Assembly: GCA_050125095.1 (NCBI GenBank)
Contig: JASFEA010000038.1
Location: 1-22,395, forward strand
DNA: 22,395 nucleotides
DNA from: a bacterium
GTDB taxonomy: Bacteria; Arandabacterota; Arandabacteria; Arandabacterales; JALGWA01
Direction of reading: 5' to 3'
In this document: positions 14,162 to 22,395 of the stretch, in pieces
Layout: each line of letters begins with the position of its first letter
Numbering within the stretch: position 1 is the first letter of the stretch
Position numbers and translations under genes: made by a program
Notes under the pieces: generated by a model
What the model saw: the letters and a program-made list of their open reading frames with translations, nothing else
Told to the model about the DNA's origin: nothing
Database searches by the model: none

Positions 14162-15075
14162 TTTAAGAGCAGCTTCAAGATGATGGCCCGCTGTATGTGC
14201 ATGCGGTTCTCGGCCTCGTCGAACACGGCCGACTGCGGGCCGTCCATAACCTCGTCCGTTATCTCCTCTCCCCGGTGCGCCGGCAGACAGTGCAGCACTA
14301 TGGCGCCCGGCGATGCCTTGCCGAGGAGTTCTCCGTTGACCTGGAGGCCTCCCATATCTTCCCTGCGCTTCCTGGCCTCCGCCTCCTGGCCCATGCTGGT
14401 CCATACATCCGTGTAAACGACCGACGCGTCTCTCACTGCCTCAACCGGGTCGTACAGGATTTCGACCCTGGCGCCGTCGGCCCTGGCGCGGGAGAGAATG
14501 GCCTCATCTGGTTCATATCCCCTGACCGTGCCGAGCACAAACTCGAAGTCGAGCTTCGCCGCCGCGTTGATCCAGGAGTTGGCAACGTTGTTGCCGTCGC
14601 CCAGAAAGGCGACCTTGAGCCCTTCGATCCGGCCCTTGTGCTCTATGACCGTCATTATGTCAGCCATTACCTGGCAGGGGTGGTACATGTCGGTGAGCCC
14701 GTTGATCACCGGCACGCCGGCGAATCTCGCCAGCTCCTCGGCCTCGGCCTGGTCGAATGTCCTTATCATCATGATGTCGACGAACCGGGAGACCACGCGC
14801 GAGGCGTCGCATACCGCCTCTCTCCTTCCGAGCTTGATCTCTTCGTCCGATACGTAGAACGCGTATCCGCCTGCGCCCACCATGGCCATCTCGAAACTCA
14901 TCCTCGTGCGTAGACTGGGTTTCCTGAAGATCATCGCCATCGACTTGCCGGCGAGCAGCGGGGGCAGCTTCCCGGCCCTGGCCTTCTTCTTGGTCTCGAT
15001 TGCGTAGTCGAGCACTTCCTTCACTTCGCTGCCGTCGAGGTCATATATGGTCATGAAGTGCTTTCGATCCCACAT
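14158..15075 (-). CDS. argF: Ornithine carbamoyltransferase
   Basis: KPSLRTRMSF, INGLTDMYHPCQ, GDGNNVA, DVWTSMGQE (ornithine-binding SMG loop), HCLPAHRG and EAENRMH. AGGGAG RBS precedes ATG 15075. Confidence 0.93.
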   Translation of the reverse strand: MWDRKHFMTIYDLDGSEVKEVLDYAIETKKKARAGKLPPLLAGKSMAMIFRKPSLRTRMSFEMAMVGAGGYAFYVSDEEIKLGRREAVCDASRVVSRFVDIMMIRTFDQAEAEELARFAGVPVINGLTDMYHPCQVMADIMTVIEHKGRIEGLKVAFLGDGNNVANSWINAAAKLDFEFVLGTVRGYEPDEAILSRARADGARVEILYDPVEAVRDASVVYTDVWTSMGQEAEARKRREDMGGLQVNGELLGKASPGAIVLHCLPAHRGEEITDEVMDGPQSAVFDEAENRMHIQRAIILKLLLK

Positions 15076-15103
15076 AATTGCTCCCTCCCTGACTTGCCTT
15101 TTA

Positions 15104-16468
15104 TCAGAGAATGTAACGCGTGAGGTCCACGTCTTCAACGATACCGCTCAGTCTCTCGGTCACCTCAACGCCGGTTATCTTTATCCGCTTCTTCTTCATG
15201 CTCGGCACGTCGAAGAGAATCTCCTCCAGCAAAGTAGTCATTACGGTGTGCAGCCTTCGGGCCCCTATGTTCTCTGCGGTTTCATTGACCCTGGAGGCGA
15301 TTGCAGCTATCCCGGTTATGGCGTCGTCCGTGAAGATGACGTCCACTCCCTCGGTCTTGAGCAGCGCCTTGTACTGCTTGATCAGCGCGTTCCTCGGTTC
15401 CACGAGTATCCGGGCGAAGTCCTCCCCGGTTAGGCTGTCGAGCTCCACGCGTATGGGGAAACGGCCCTGGAGCTCGGGTATAAGATCGGACGGTCTTGAT
15501 GAATGGAATGCGCCGGCGGCTATGAACAGGATATGGTCGGTGCGCACCATTCCGTACTTGGTCGGCACACTCGAGCCCTCGACCACCGGCAGGAGATCCC
15601 TCTGCACGCCCTCGCGCGAAACATCCGGCCCCACAGATGACTTCTGGCCCGCGATCTTGTCTATCTCGTCTATGAATATGATGCCCGAGTTCTCCACCCG
15701 CTCCACGGCCTCGGCCACCACTTTGTCCATGTCGATTAGCTTCTGCGCCTCCTCCTGGGCGATGACGCCGCGCGCCTCGCCCACGGTCACCTTCCGGCGC
15801 TTCCTCCGGCCCGGCAGCATGCCGCCAAGCATTTCCGGGAGGTTGATGTCCATCTCCTCCACGCCGCCAGGCGTGAAGATCTCTATCATCGGGAAAGCGC
15901 GCGGGCTGACCTCGATCTCGATCTTTCTCTCTTCCAGCTCGCCCCTTCTCAGCTTATCGCGGAGCTTCTCGCGCGTCGCCTTGGCCCTGTCCTCCTCCTG
16001 CCCCGCCCGGGCGCCCGGGAGTATGTCAGCGGGCTTCCCGGGAGCGGGAAGCAGCAGGTCCAGTATGCGCTCCTCCGTGTTCGCGGCCGCCGCCTCCTCG
16101 ATCTCCTCCGTCTTCTCTTCTCTCACCATGCTCACCGAGAGCTCGGTGAGGTCGCGGATCATGGATTCGACATCGCGGCCCACGTAACCCACCTCGGTGA
16201 ACTTCGACGCCTCAACCTTCATGAAGGGCGCGCGGGCAAGCCTGGCAAGCCGCCTGGCGATCTCGGTTTTGCCCACACCCGTGGGACCGATCATGATGAT
16301 ATTGTTGGGCATGATCTCCTCCCTGAGATCGCCCTTTATCTGCTGGCGCCTCCACCTGTTCCTGAGCGCGATGGCGACGCATTTCTTGGCTTTGCCCTGG
16401 CCGATGACATACTTGTCAAGCTCCTTCACTATCGTCCGTGGAGTGAGCTGACCCGCTTTTCGCTTCAT
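15104..16468 (-). CDS. hslU: ATP-dependent protease ATPase subunit HslU
   Basis: [10 protein letters not shown], Walker [13 protein letters not shown] pore loop, [25 protein letters not shown] and C-terminal DLTRYIL. Confidence 0.98.
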   Translation of the reverse strand: MKRKAGQLTPRTIVKELDKYVIGQGKAKKCVAIALRNRWRRQQIKGDLREEIMPNNIIMIGPTGVGKTEIARRLARLARAPFMKVEASKFTEVGYVGRDVESMIRDLTELSVSMVREEKTEEIEEAAAANTEERILDLLLPAPGKPADILPGARAGQEEDRAKATREKLRDKLRRGELEERKIEIEVSPRAFPMIEIFTPGGVEEMDINLPEMLGGMLPGRRKRRKVTVGEARGVIAQEEAQKLIDMDKVVAEAVERVENSGIIFIDEIDKIAGQKSSVGPDVSREGVQRDLLPVVEGSSVPTKYGMVRTDHILFIAAGAFHSSRPSDLIPELQGRFPIRVELDSLTGEDFARILVEPRNALIKQYKALLKTEGVDVIFTDDAITGIAAIASRVNETAENIGARRLHTVMTTLLEEILFDVPSMKKKRIKITGVEVTERLSGIVEDVDLTRYIL

Positions 16469-16482
16469 CTATTCGACTACCT

Positions 16483-17040
16483 CTATTCAAGTACCTCAAT
16501 CGTGATCTGGTCATTGGTATAGACGCAGATCCCGGATGCAATCTTCAGGCACTCCTCCACGATCTCCGGAGCGCTGAGATCGGAGTGCTTCACAAGCGCT
16601 CTGGCCGCCGCCAGGGCGTAGGCGCCGCCCGAGCCCAGGGCGACAATCCCGTCGTCCGGCTCTATGACTTCGCCCGAGCCGGCTACGATAAGCGAGTGTT
16701 CGCCGTCCATCACCGCCAGGAGCGCCTCGAGCCTTCTCAAAATCTTATCAGTTCTCCATTCCTTTGCAAGCTCAACGGCCGCGCGCGTCAGGTTGCCCTT
16801 GTATTCGTCAATCCTGGCCTCGAATTTCTCGAACAGCGTGAGCGCATCCGCCGAGCTCCCGGCGAAACCGGCGAGTATCTTACCGTCGTGTATGCGCCTG
16901 ACCTTGCGGGCACTCTTCTTCATGACCGTCTCGCCCAGGCTGACCTGCCCGTCTCCACCCATGGCCACCTTGCCGTCGCGCCTTACGCCGATTACGGTGG
17001 TCGATCTCAGTACTCCGAACCTCGCGGTCCCGTCGCTCAT
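16483..17040 (-). CDS. hslV: ATP-dependent protease peptidase subunit HslV
   Basis: [37 protein letters not shown] and ICVYTN. ATG 17040 follows GAGGTGAGG; GTG 17049 is an alternative start. Confidence 0.97.
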   Translation of the reverse strand: MSDGTARFGVLRSTTVIGVRRDGKVAMGGDGQVSLGETVMKKSARKVRRIHDGKILAGFAGSSADALTLFEKFEARIDEYKGNLTRAAVELAKEWRTDKILRRLEALLAVMDGEHSLIVAGSGEVIEPDDGIVALGSGGAYALAAARALVKHSDLSAPEIVEECLKIASGICVYTNDQITIEVLE

Positions 17041-17067
17041 AGCCCTCACCTCTTGCCTTCAATTCCT

Positions 17068-17970
17068 CTACGCGCGGGGATGCGCGCGCCTGTAAGTGTC
17101 CTTCAGCCGCTCGGTGGAAACATGCGTGTATATCTGCGTGCTCGAGAGGCTCGCGTGGCCCAGAAGCTCCTGCACCGCGCGAAGGTCCGCCCCTTCATCC
17201 AGCATATGCGTCGCGAAAGTGTGCCTGAGCACATGCGGGCTCATCTTCGTTTCCGAGCATACGCGCTCCAGGTAGCGGCGGACCACCCTCTGTATCCCGC
17301 GCCTGGCCAGCCGCTTGCCGAACTTGTTGATGAGAAGCGCCGGCTCCTGCATCCGATTCCGTATCTTCAAAAGACCCGACCTCTCGGGGAGATAGCCTTT
17401 TATAGCCCTGGACGCCATCGTGCCGACAGGCACTATGCGCTCCTTCCTGCCCTTGCCCTTAACCTTGAGCGTCCCGCTGAAGAGGTCGGCGTCGGCCACG
17501 TTCACAAGGTGGAGCTCCCCCAGTCTTACGCCCGTGCTGTAGAAGGTCTCCAGGATCGCAAGGTCGCGGCGGCCTGTGAAGTCGTTCCTCGTGAACTCGT
17601 CGAACAGCCGCCTCATCCTTGTCTTGTCTATATAAGTCGGAAGCCGCCTCTCCATGCGCGGCATCCTGACCGCCAGTACCGGATTCACCTTGACGCTCTC
17701 CCTCTCGGCCAGGTACCTGACGAAGCACCTTATGGCGGCGAGCTTGCGCCTGAGGGTGCTGCCCTTGAGCCCGCTATCCGAGAGTTGCTTCATATAGTGC
17801 CTGACGGAGAGTTTGTCTATCTGGTTCACCCTGGGGCTCCTTGAGCCCAGTTCGCGCCGCAGAAACTCTAGAAATTGCTTTAGGTCATTCTCGTAAGCGC
17901 TTACAGTATGGTCGGATAGATTGCGTTCAAGACTGAGATGCAGCACGAATCGTCTAAGATAGGACTCCAT
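17068..17970 (-). CDS. xerC: Tyrosine recombinase XerC
   Basis: S.HTVSAY..DL N-terminal domain; catalytic residues TGVR, GKGRKER, PHVLRHTFATH, LGH and TQIYTH. Canonical trmFO-xerC-hslVU context. Confidence 0.9.
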   Translation of the reverse strand: MESYLRRFVLHLSLERNLSDHTVSAYENDLKQFLEFLRRELGSRSPRVNQIDKLSVRHYMKQLSDSGLKGSTLRRKLAAIRCFVRYLAERESVKVNPVLAVRMPRMERRLPTYIDKTRMRRLFDEFTRNDFTGRRDLAILETFYSTGVRLGELHLVNVADADLFSGTLKVKGKGRKERIVPVGTMASRAIKGYLPERSGLLKIRNRMQEPALLINKFGKRLARRGIQRVVRRYLERVCSETKMSPHVLRHTFATHMLDEGADLRAVQELLGHASLSSTQIYTHVSTERLKDTYRRAHPRA

Positions 17971-19318
17971 CTGGGCTCATCCTCTCGCCCGCCTTCGGGG
18001 CCAGGCCCGTGGCGGCAAGCCACTCTTTCATCGCAAGCGCCGACCTCTGGCTGAGGAGCAGGTTCCTGGAGAGCCGCTCCCGCACCCTCTCGCCAAGCGG
18101 GGGCAGGAGGCCGAAGTTGGGATTCATGGGCTGGAAGTCCTCAGGTCTGGTCTGTGAAACATGCCTGGCCAGTCCGCCCAGGACCGTTTCGGCCGGCGGA
18201 ACGACGCAGGGCAGCCCGGCCGCCCTGCGGCCGGCGTTGAGGCCGGCAAGCAGCCCCGTCGCTATGCTGGCGACATAACCTTCCGCTCCCGTTATCTGGC
18301 CTGCGAGCAGAACCTCATGCTTGGCGCGATGCTCCAGGGTGGGCATGAGAACGCGCGGGGCGCATACGTAGGTGTTCCTGTGAATGCTGCCGAGCCTTAC
18401 GAAACGGGCGCCTGCAAGGCCGGGGATCATCCTGAATATCCGCTTCTGCTCGCCGTACTTGAGCCGGGTCTGAAAGCCGACCATGCCGTAAAGGGTGCCC
18501 TCCAGGTTCTCGGGTCGGAGCTGCACCACCGCATGCGGTCTCAGGCCCGTGCGCGGGTCCTCAAGGCCCACCGGCTTCATGCATCCATGGGCGAGCGTCT
18601 CGGACCCGTTCTTCACCAGCTCTTCCACCGGCATGCACGCCGAAAAAAACCTGTCCTCTTCGAAATCGCGTTTTTCGGCGACCTCCGCGCCCCGGATATG
18701 CTCTATGAAGGCATCGTACTCCTCGCGGTTCAAAGGGAGATTGATGTAAGTGGAATCACCCTTGCCGTACCTCGACGCCCTGTAGGCCCTGTTCATGTCG
18801 ATGGAATCGGCCTCGATTATCGGAGAGACGGCGTCATAGAAAAAGAGGTTAGCCGCGCCCACGAGGCTCTCGAGATACGCCGATATCCCCGGTGACGCAA
18901 GCGGACCCGGCGCGAGAACATTGACGGCGCCCCCAAGAGCGGACGTCGCCTCCTCCCTCACGACGGTTATATTCGGATGCGAGCCCAGCGCCTCAGCTAT
19001 GTAATCGGAGAAGCGCGACCGGTCCACGCAGAGGGCGCTTCCGGCGGGGACCCTGGCCGCCCGGGCCGCTTCCATGACCATGGAGCCGAGCATCTTGAGC
19101 TCGAGCTTCAGAAGACCGTTGGCATTGGACAGGTGCTCTGATTTAAAGGAATTTGAGCATACGAGTTCGGCGAGGTCCCCCGTCTTGTGCGCCTCGGTCA
19201 TCACATGGGGCCTCATTTCGTACAGAGTCACATCGGCGCCCAGCCCGGCAGCCTGCCAGGCAGCCTCGGACCCTGCGAGCCCACCGCCTATAACCGCCAC
19301 GATGCCCGGCGCCCGCAT
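17954..19318 (-). CDS. trmFO: FADH2/folate-dependent tRNA (uracil-54-C5)-methyltransferase TrmFO (Gid)
   Basis: GGGLAGSEAAWQ, ELVCSNS, FFYDAVSP, FFSACMP, VGFQTRL, HRNTY, GQITGAEGY and FQPMNPNFG. Confidence 0.96.
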   Translation of the reverse strand: MRAPGIVAVIGGGLAGSEAAWQAAGLGADVTLYEMRPHVMTEAHKTGDLAELVCSNSFKSEHLSNANGLLKLELKMLGSMVMEAARAARVPAGSALCVDRSRFSDYIAEALGSHPNITVVREEATSALGGAVNVLAPGPLASPGISAYLESLVGAANLFFYDAVSPIIEADSIDMNRAYRASRYGKGDSTYINLPLNREEYDAFIEHIRGAEVAEKRDFEEDRFFSACMPVEELVKNGSETLAHGCMKPVGLEDPRTGLRPHAVVQLRPENLEGTLYGMVGFQTRLKYGEQKRIFRMIPGLAGARFVRLGSIHRNTYVCAPRVLMPTLEHRAKHEVLLAGQITGAEGYVASIATGLLAGLNAGRRAAGLPCVVPPAETVLGGLARHVSQTRPEDFQPMNPNFGLLPPLGERVRERLSRNLLLSQRSALAMKEWLAATGLAPKAGERMSPDGVLS

Positions 19319-21864
19319 TATTCGTCCACCTCATGCTTGCACCTCGGGCACTTGAGCCGCCCCGCCTTGTTGCCCGCGGTCTTCTGGACGAGTATGCCGT
19401 AGGAACATTCCGGACACGTTCTCTCGACCGGCTTGTCCCAGGTCGCGAACTTGCACTTGGGGAATTTATCGCAGCCGTAGAAGACCCGGCCCTTCTTGGT
19501 TCTCTTCTCCTTGAGTTCGCCGTCGCAGCCTTCGACGGGGCACTTTATTCCCAGCGTGAAAGCCCGCGTGCCTTTGCACTCCGGATACCGCTTGCACGCC
19601 AGAAACCTGCCGTAACGCCCGACGCGCGCCACCATTTCCCCGCCACACTCCGGACATACCGCTTCCACCTTCACATCGTCCTCATCCAGGGGCTTGGTGG
19701 TCTTGCATTCCGGGAAACCCGAGCAGGCGAGAAATTGCCCGTGCCGGCCCCACCTCTTGACCATGGGCTTGCCGCAGGTCTCGCATTTGACGTCAACCTC
19801 TTCGGTGACGATGCCCTTGAGCTCGGCCTTCATGGAGTTGGCCTTCTTCATGTCCTCGCTGAAGGGTTTGTAGAAGTCATTGACTACCTGGACCCATTCG
19901 TCTTCGCCCGACTCCACCTTGTCCAGCTCGGTCTCCATGCGCGCCGTGAAACCCACCTCGAATATGTCGGGCAGTATCCTGAGCAGTATGCTGAGAACGG
20001 CCCGCCCGAGTTCGGTCGGGCTCAGCGTGCGGCGCTCACGCTCGACATAGCCCCGCTCGATTACGGTGCCGATGATCGCCGCGTATGTGCTCGGGCGCCC
20101 TATGCCCTTCTCCTCGAGCTCCCTGATGAGGCTGGCGTCTGTAAAGCGCGGCGGTGGCTGCGTTTCATGCCGCATGTCAGCGAGATTGAGGAGTTTGAGG
20201 ATGTCCCCCTCCTCAAGCACGGGCAGTACGACTTTTTTCTCATCGTCGGTCGACCTGTCCCCGTAGATTTTGAGGAAACCGTCGAACTTTATCACAGACC
20301 CGCTCACCCTGAAGAGGTACTTCCTGGCCAGTATCTCGACCGTGGTGACTTCGAACACGGCCGGGCTCATCTGACTGGCGACGAAACGCTCCCAGATCAG
20401 CCGGTAGAGCCTGGCCTGGTCCGGGCCGAGGAAGGCCGCCATGTCGTCGGGCGTTCTCCCCACATTGGTGGGTCGTATCGCCTCGTGGGCATCCTGGGAT
20501 TTTTTCCCCTGCTTGAAATGCCTGGACTTGTCCGGCAGATAGGAGTCGCCGAATGTCCGGCTTATGAATTCCCGCGCCTCGCCAATGGCGCTGTCCGCGA
20601 TTCTAACCGAGTCAGTACGCATGTATGTAATGAGCCCGACGCGGCCCTTCTCACCTATGTCGATTCCCTCGTAAAGCTGCTGGGCACTCCTCATCGTGCG
20701 CCTGGGATTGAACCCCAGCCGGTAGGAGGCGTCCTGCTGCAAAGTGCTGGTGATGAAGGGCGGTTTCGGGTTGCGCCTCTTGGGTTTGGTTTCCAGCGCG
20801 GTAATCGAGTAGTCGAGAGTCGCGAGTATTTTCTGAATCTCGCGCGCCTTTTCCAGCGATTCGAACTCCGCCTTGGCTTTGCCGACCTTCTCGAGCCTGG
20901 CCGTGAAGGCGTCGCCCCGCGGGGACTGGAATTCGCCCTCGACAGTCCAGTACTCTCGGGCCTTGAATTGCTCTATTGCCTCCTCGCGCTCGACGATGAG
21001 CCGGAGCGCCACCGACTGAACCCGCCCCGCGCTGGCTCCACGGCGGACCACCTTCCACAGAAGCGGGCTGACCATGTAACCTACCAGCCTGTCGAGAACG
21101 CGCCTCGCCTGCTGCGCATTTACCTTCCGCATATCTATGGTGGTGGGATTCGCGAAGGCCTCCCTGATGGCTTCCGGCGTGATTTCATTGAATATGACGC
21201 GCTTGGGCTCCCCTGCCGGGCGCTCGAGCAGCGCAGCGAGATGCCAGGCGATGGCCTCCCCCTCCCGGTCCATATCGACCGCCAGGTAGACTTCCTCGGC
21301 TTCGCCGGCCGCCTTGCGGAGTTCCTTTACGACCTTGCCCTTGCCGCGTATCTGCACGTATTGAGGTTCGAAGTTCTTTTCGAGATCCACGCCCAGCTTG
21401 GTCTTGGGAAGGTCGCGAACATGCCCCAGGGATGCCATGACACCATAGGACGGACCAAGGAAGCGGTTTATTGTCTGGGCCTTGGCGGGCGACTCTACTA
21501 TAACCAGCGATTTGCCGCTCATGGACCCGGCAGGGCGCTTGCGCGATGTCTTCCCGCGCCCGGTTCCCGTCCCGGCAGCCTTCTTCCCGGTTGCCTTGCC
21601 GCCGGCCGCCTTCTTCCGCGGCGTTGCCTTGCCGCCAGCCGCCTTCTTCCGCGGCGTTGTCTTGCCGCCAGCCGCCTTCTTCCGCGGCGTTGTCTTGCGG
21701 GCCGCTTTCTTTTTCGCTGCTTTCTTGGCTGCTGTCCCGGCCGCGGCCTTCTTCACCGGCTTCTTTCGCGCGGTCTCCGTCTCTTCCGCGGCGGCATATA
21801 CTTCATGGTTCTCTTTCGACCCGCCTGGCCGGGTCTCGTCATCGAAGGACTTATTCTGAGCCAC
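19318..21864 (-). CDS. topA: DNA topoisomerase I (type IA) with N-terminal Lys/Ala-rich extension and C-terminal zinc ribbons
   Basis: LVIVESPAKA, GHVRDL, DMDREGE (TOPRIM), SAGRVQS, LITYMRTDS (catalytic Tyr), AHEAIRPT, GIGRPSTY and four CxxC..C..C ribbons. GTG 21864 has a GAGGG RBS and an in-frame TGA just upstream. Confidence 0.97.
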   Translation of the reverse strand: MAQNKSFDDETRPGGSKENHEVYAAAEETETARKKPVKKAAAGTAAKKAAKKKAARKTTPRKKAAGGKTTPRKKAAGGKATPRKKAAGGKATGKKAAGTGTGRGKTSRKRPAGSMSGKSLVIVESPAKAQTINRFLGPSYGVMASLGHVRDLPKTKLGVDLEKNFEPQYVQIRGKGKVVKELRKAAGEAEEVYLAVDMDREGEAIAWHLAALLERPAGEPKRVIFNEITPEAIREAFANPTTIDMRKVNAQQARRVLDRLVGYMVSPLLWKVVRRGASAGRVQSVALRLIVEREEAIEQFKAREYWTVEGEFQSPRGDAFTARLEKVGKAKAEFESLEKAREIQKILATLDYSITALETKPKRRNPKPPFITSTLQQDASYRLGFNPRRTMRSAQQLYEGIDIGEKGRVGLITYMRTDSVRIADSAIGEAREFISRTFGDSYLPDKSRHFKQGKKSQDAHEAIRPTNVGRTPDDMAAFLGPDQARLYRLIWERFVASQMSPAVFEVTTVEILARKYLFRVSGSVIKFDGFLKIYGDRSTDDEKKVVLPVLEEGDILKLLNLADMRHETQPPPRFTDASLIRELEEKGIGRPSTYAAIIGTVIERGYVERERRTLSPTELGRAVLSILLRILPDIFEVGFTARMETELDKVESGEDEWVQVVNDFYKPFSEDMKKANSMKAELKGIVTEEVDVKCETCGKPMVKRWGRHGQFLACSGFPECKTTKPLDEDDVKVEAVCPECGGEMVARVGRYGRFLACKRYPECKGTRAFTLGIKCPVEGCDGELKEKRTKKGRVFYGCDKFPKCKFATWDKPVERTCPECSYGILVQKTAGNKAGRLKCPRCKHEVDE
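21578..21703. repeat. In-frame tandem repeat (33-bp unit) in the topA 5' extension
   Basis: GCCTTCTTCCGCGGCGTTGYCTTGCCGCCAGCC at 21608-21640 and 21641-21673 (one mismatch), flanked by 30-bp variant copies at 21578-21607 and 21674-21703. Confidence 0.9.
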
Positions 21865-21928
21865 ACTTATCCCTCACGTTCTGCTCCGAAGAGAATTGCG
21901 CTGAACCTTGGACTGTCCGCCCGGCTCT

Positions 21929-22395
21929 CTAGTGGGTAGCCGACCCACCGATCCCGCCGTTATCCCAGGAAATGAGTCCGGGGCGGACCCCAGGCACGCC
22001 CTCGAGGATAATAGATGGGACGATTTGTTTCAAGTCGTTGAGTTCCACTTTATCGCTGCAGTAATAAATGGCCCTCTCTATTACCTCTTCAACTTGAAGG
22101 TCGGTCAGTAAGCCAAGCTGGCTCAGTTGAAGAATGTACCCGTATGCTTCAGGGCTTATGAGGCTTCTCTCAAAGTCGTTGAGCACCCTGATCGTCCCCT
22201 TCGAGGACATCTGGTGCATGATCTTGCCTTCATCGAAGAAGCGCTCGTCTATGCTCTGATAGAGATACATGAATGCGTTGTTGATCTCGCCTGCAGTATA
22301 GCCCTCACCCATGAGGAACTCGGTTATGCTCACAACGGTTTCGGAACTCGCATGCTTGTCAACGAGCCGGTCAACGACCGCGATTATTATCTCAG
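21929..22395 (-). CDS. smg: Smg / DUF494 family protein (5' end outside window)
   Basis: Frame stays open to the window edge (..EIIIAVVDRLVDK..). L..EGY...EIN.AF and RVLNDFER..ISPEAYGYILQL..LGLL...VE.VIE match DUF494; typical position upstream of topA. Confidence 0.8.
   Translation of the reverse strand, partial: EIIIAVVDRLVDKHASSETVVSITEFLMGEGYTAGEINNAFMYLYQSIDERFFDEGKIMHQMSSKGTIRVLNDFERSLISPEAYGYILQLSQLGLLTDLQVEEVIERAIYYCSDKVELNDLKQIVPSIILEGVPGVRPGLISWDNGGIGGSATH

Noticed and set aside
14162..14404. ORF-track N-terminal extension of the Ig-like lipoprotein
   Set aside because: It overlaps the argF coding region; ATG 14161 starts the signal peptide and couples to the argF stop.
14905..14916. 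argF as an N-acetyl- or N-succinylornithine transcarbamylase because of SLRT
   Set aside because: It retains the DxxxSMG loop and HCLPAHRG typical of true ornithine transcarbamylases.
10367..17844. Other long plus-strand ORFs (10367-11479, 11304-12839, 15120-16187, 16585-17844)
   Set aside because: Antisense shadows of dapB, dapA/dapF, hslU and hslV/xerC with no family motifs.
17068..17970. Tyrosine recombinase as a prophage or island integrase
   Set aside because: About 300 aa with no arm-binding domain, XerC-like motifs, housekeeping trmFO-xerC-hslVU context and no mobile genes nearby.
21578..21703. Repeats of CRISPR-like length (33 bp)
   Set aside because: Units are head-to-tail with no unique spacers, lie in frame inside topA, and no cas genes are present.
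19333..21939. 868-aa plus-strand ORF antisense to topA
   Set aside because: It is in the same codon register as topA, so it stays open simply because topA avoids TTA/CTA/TCA codons in GC-rich DNA. No recognisable motifs.

Overview
GC-rich bacterial chromosome segment, mostly housekeeping genes. The right ~17.5 kb is a tightly packed minus-strand run: smg(DUF494, cut by the window edge)-topA-trmFO-xerC-hslV-hslU-argF-Ig-like lipoprotein-dapF-dapA-dapB-sppA, then FmdB-type zinc ribbon-HU/IHF-bS22-rnr-gltX, then tRNA-Gln(CTG) with its own near-consensus sigma70 promoter. The left ~4.6 kb holds a divergent ornithine aminotransferase, a secreted protein with an unrecognised domain and an FlgD/T9SS-like C-terminal domain, a secreted beta-lactamase-family protein and the tail of an alkaline-phosphatase-superfamily gene. 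The FlgD-type tail, Bacteroidetes-style bS22 and the CAxxGxPxGGPxD lipoprotein suggest an FCB-group, possibly candidate-phylum, organism (inference). I see no mobile element, CRISPR array or defence system. Best observations: (1) TopA has a 114-aa N-terminal histone-H1-like tail built from a 33-bp tandem repeat (TPRKKAAGGK); (2) a 31-aa TTG-start bS22 ribosomal protein gene is missing from the ORF track; (3) the beta-lactamase-family protein has YxxK instead of the catalytic SxxK; (4) RNase R has a ~170-aa basic tail. All family calls come from motif recognition by eye; no searches were run.
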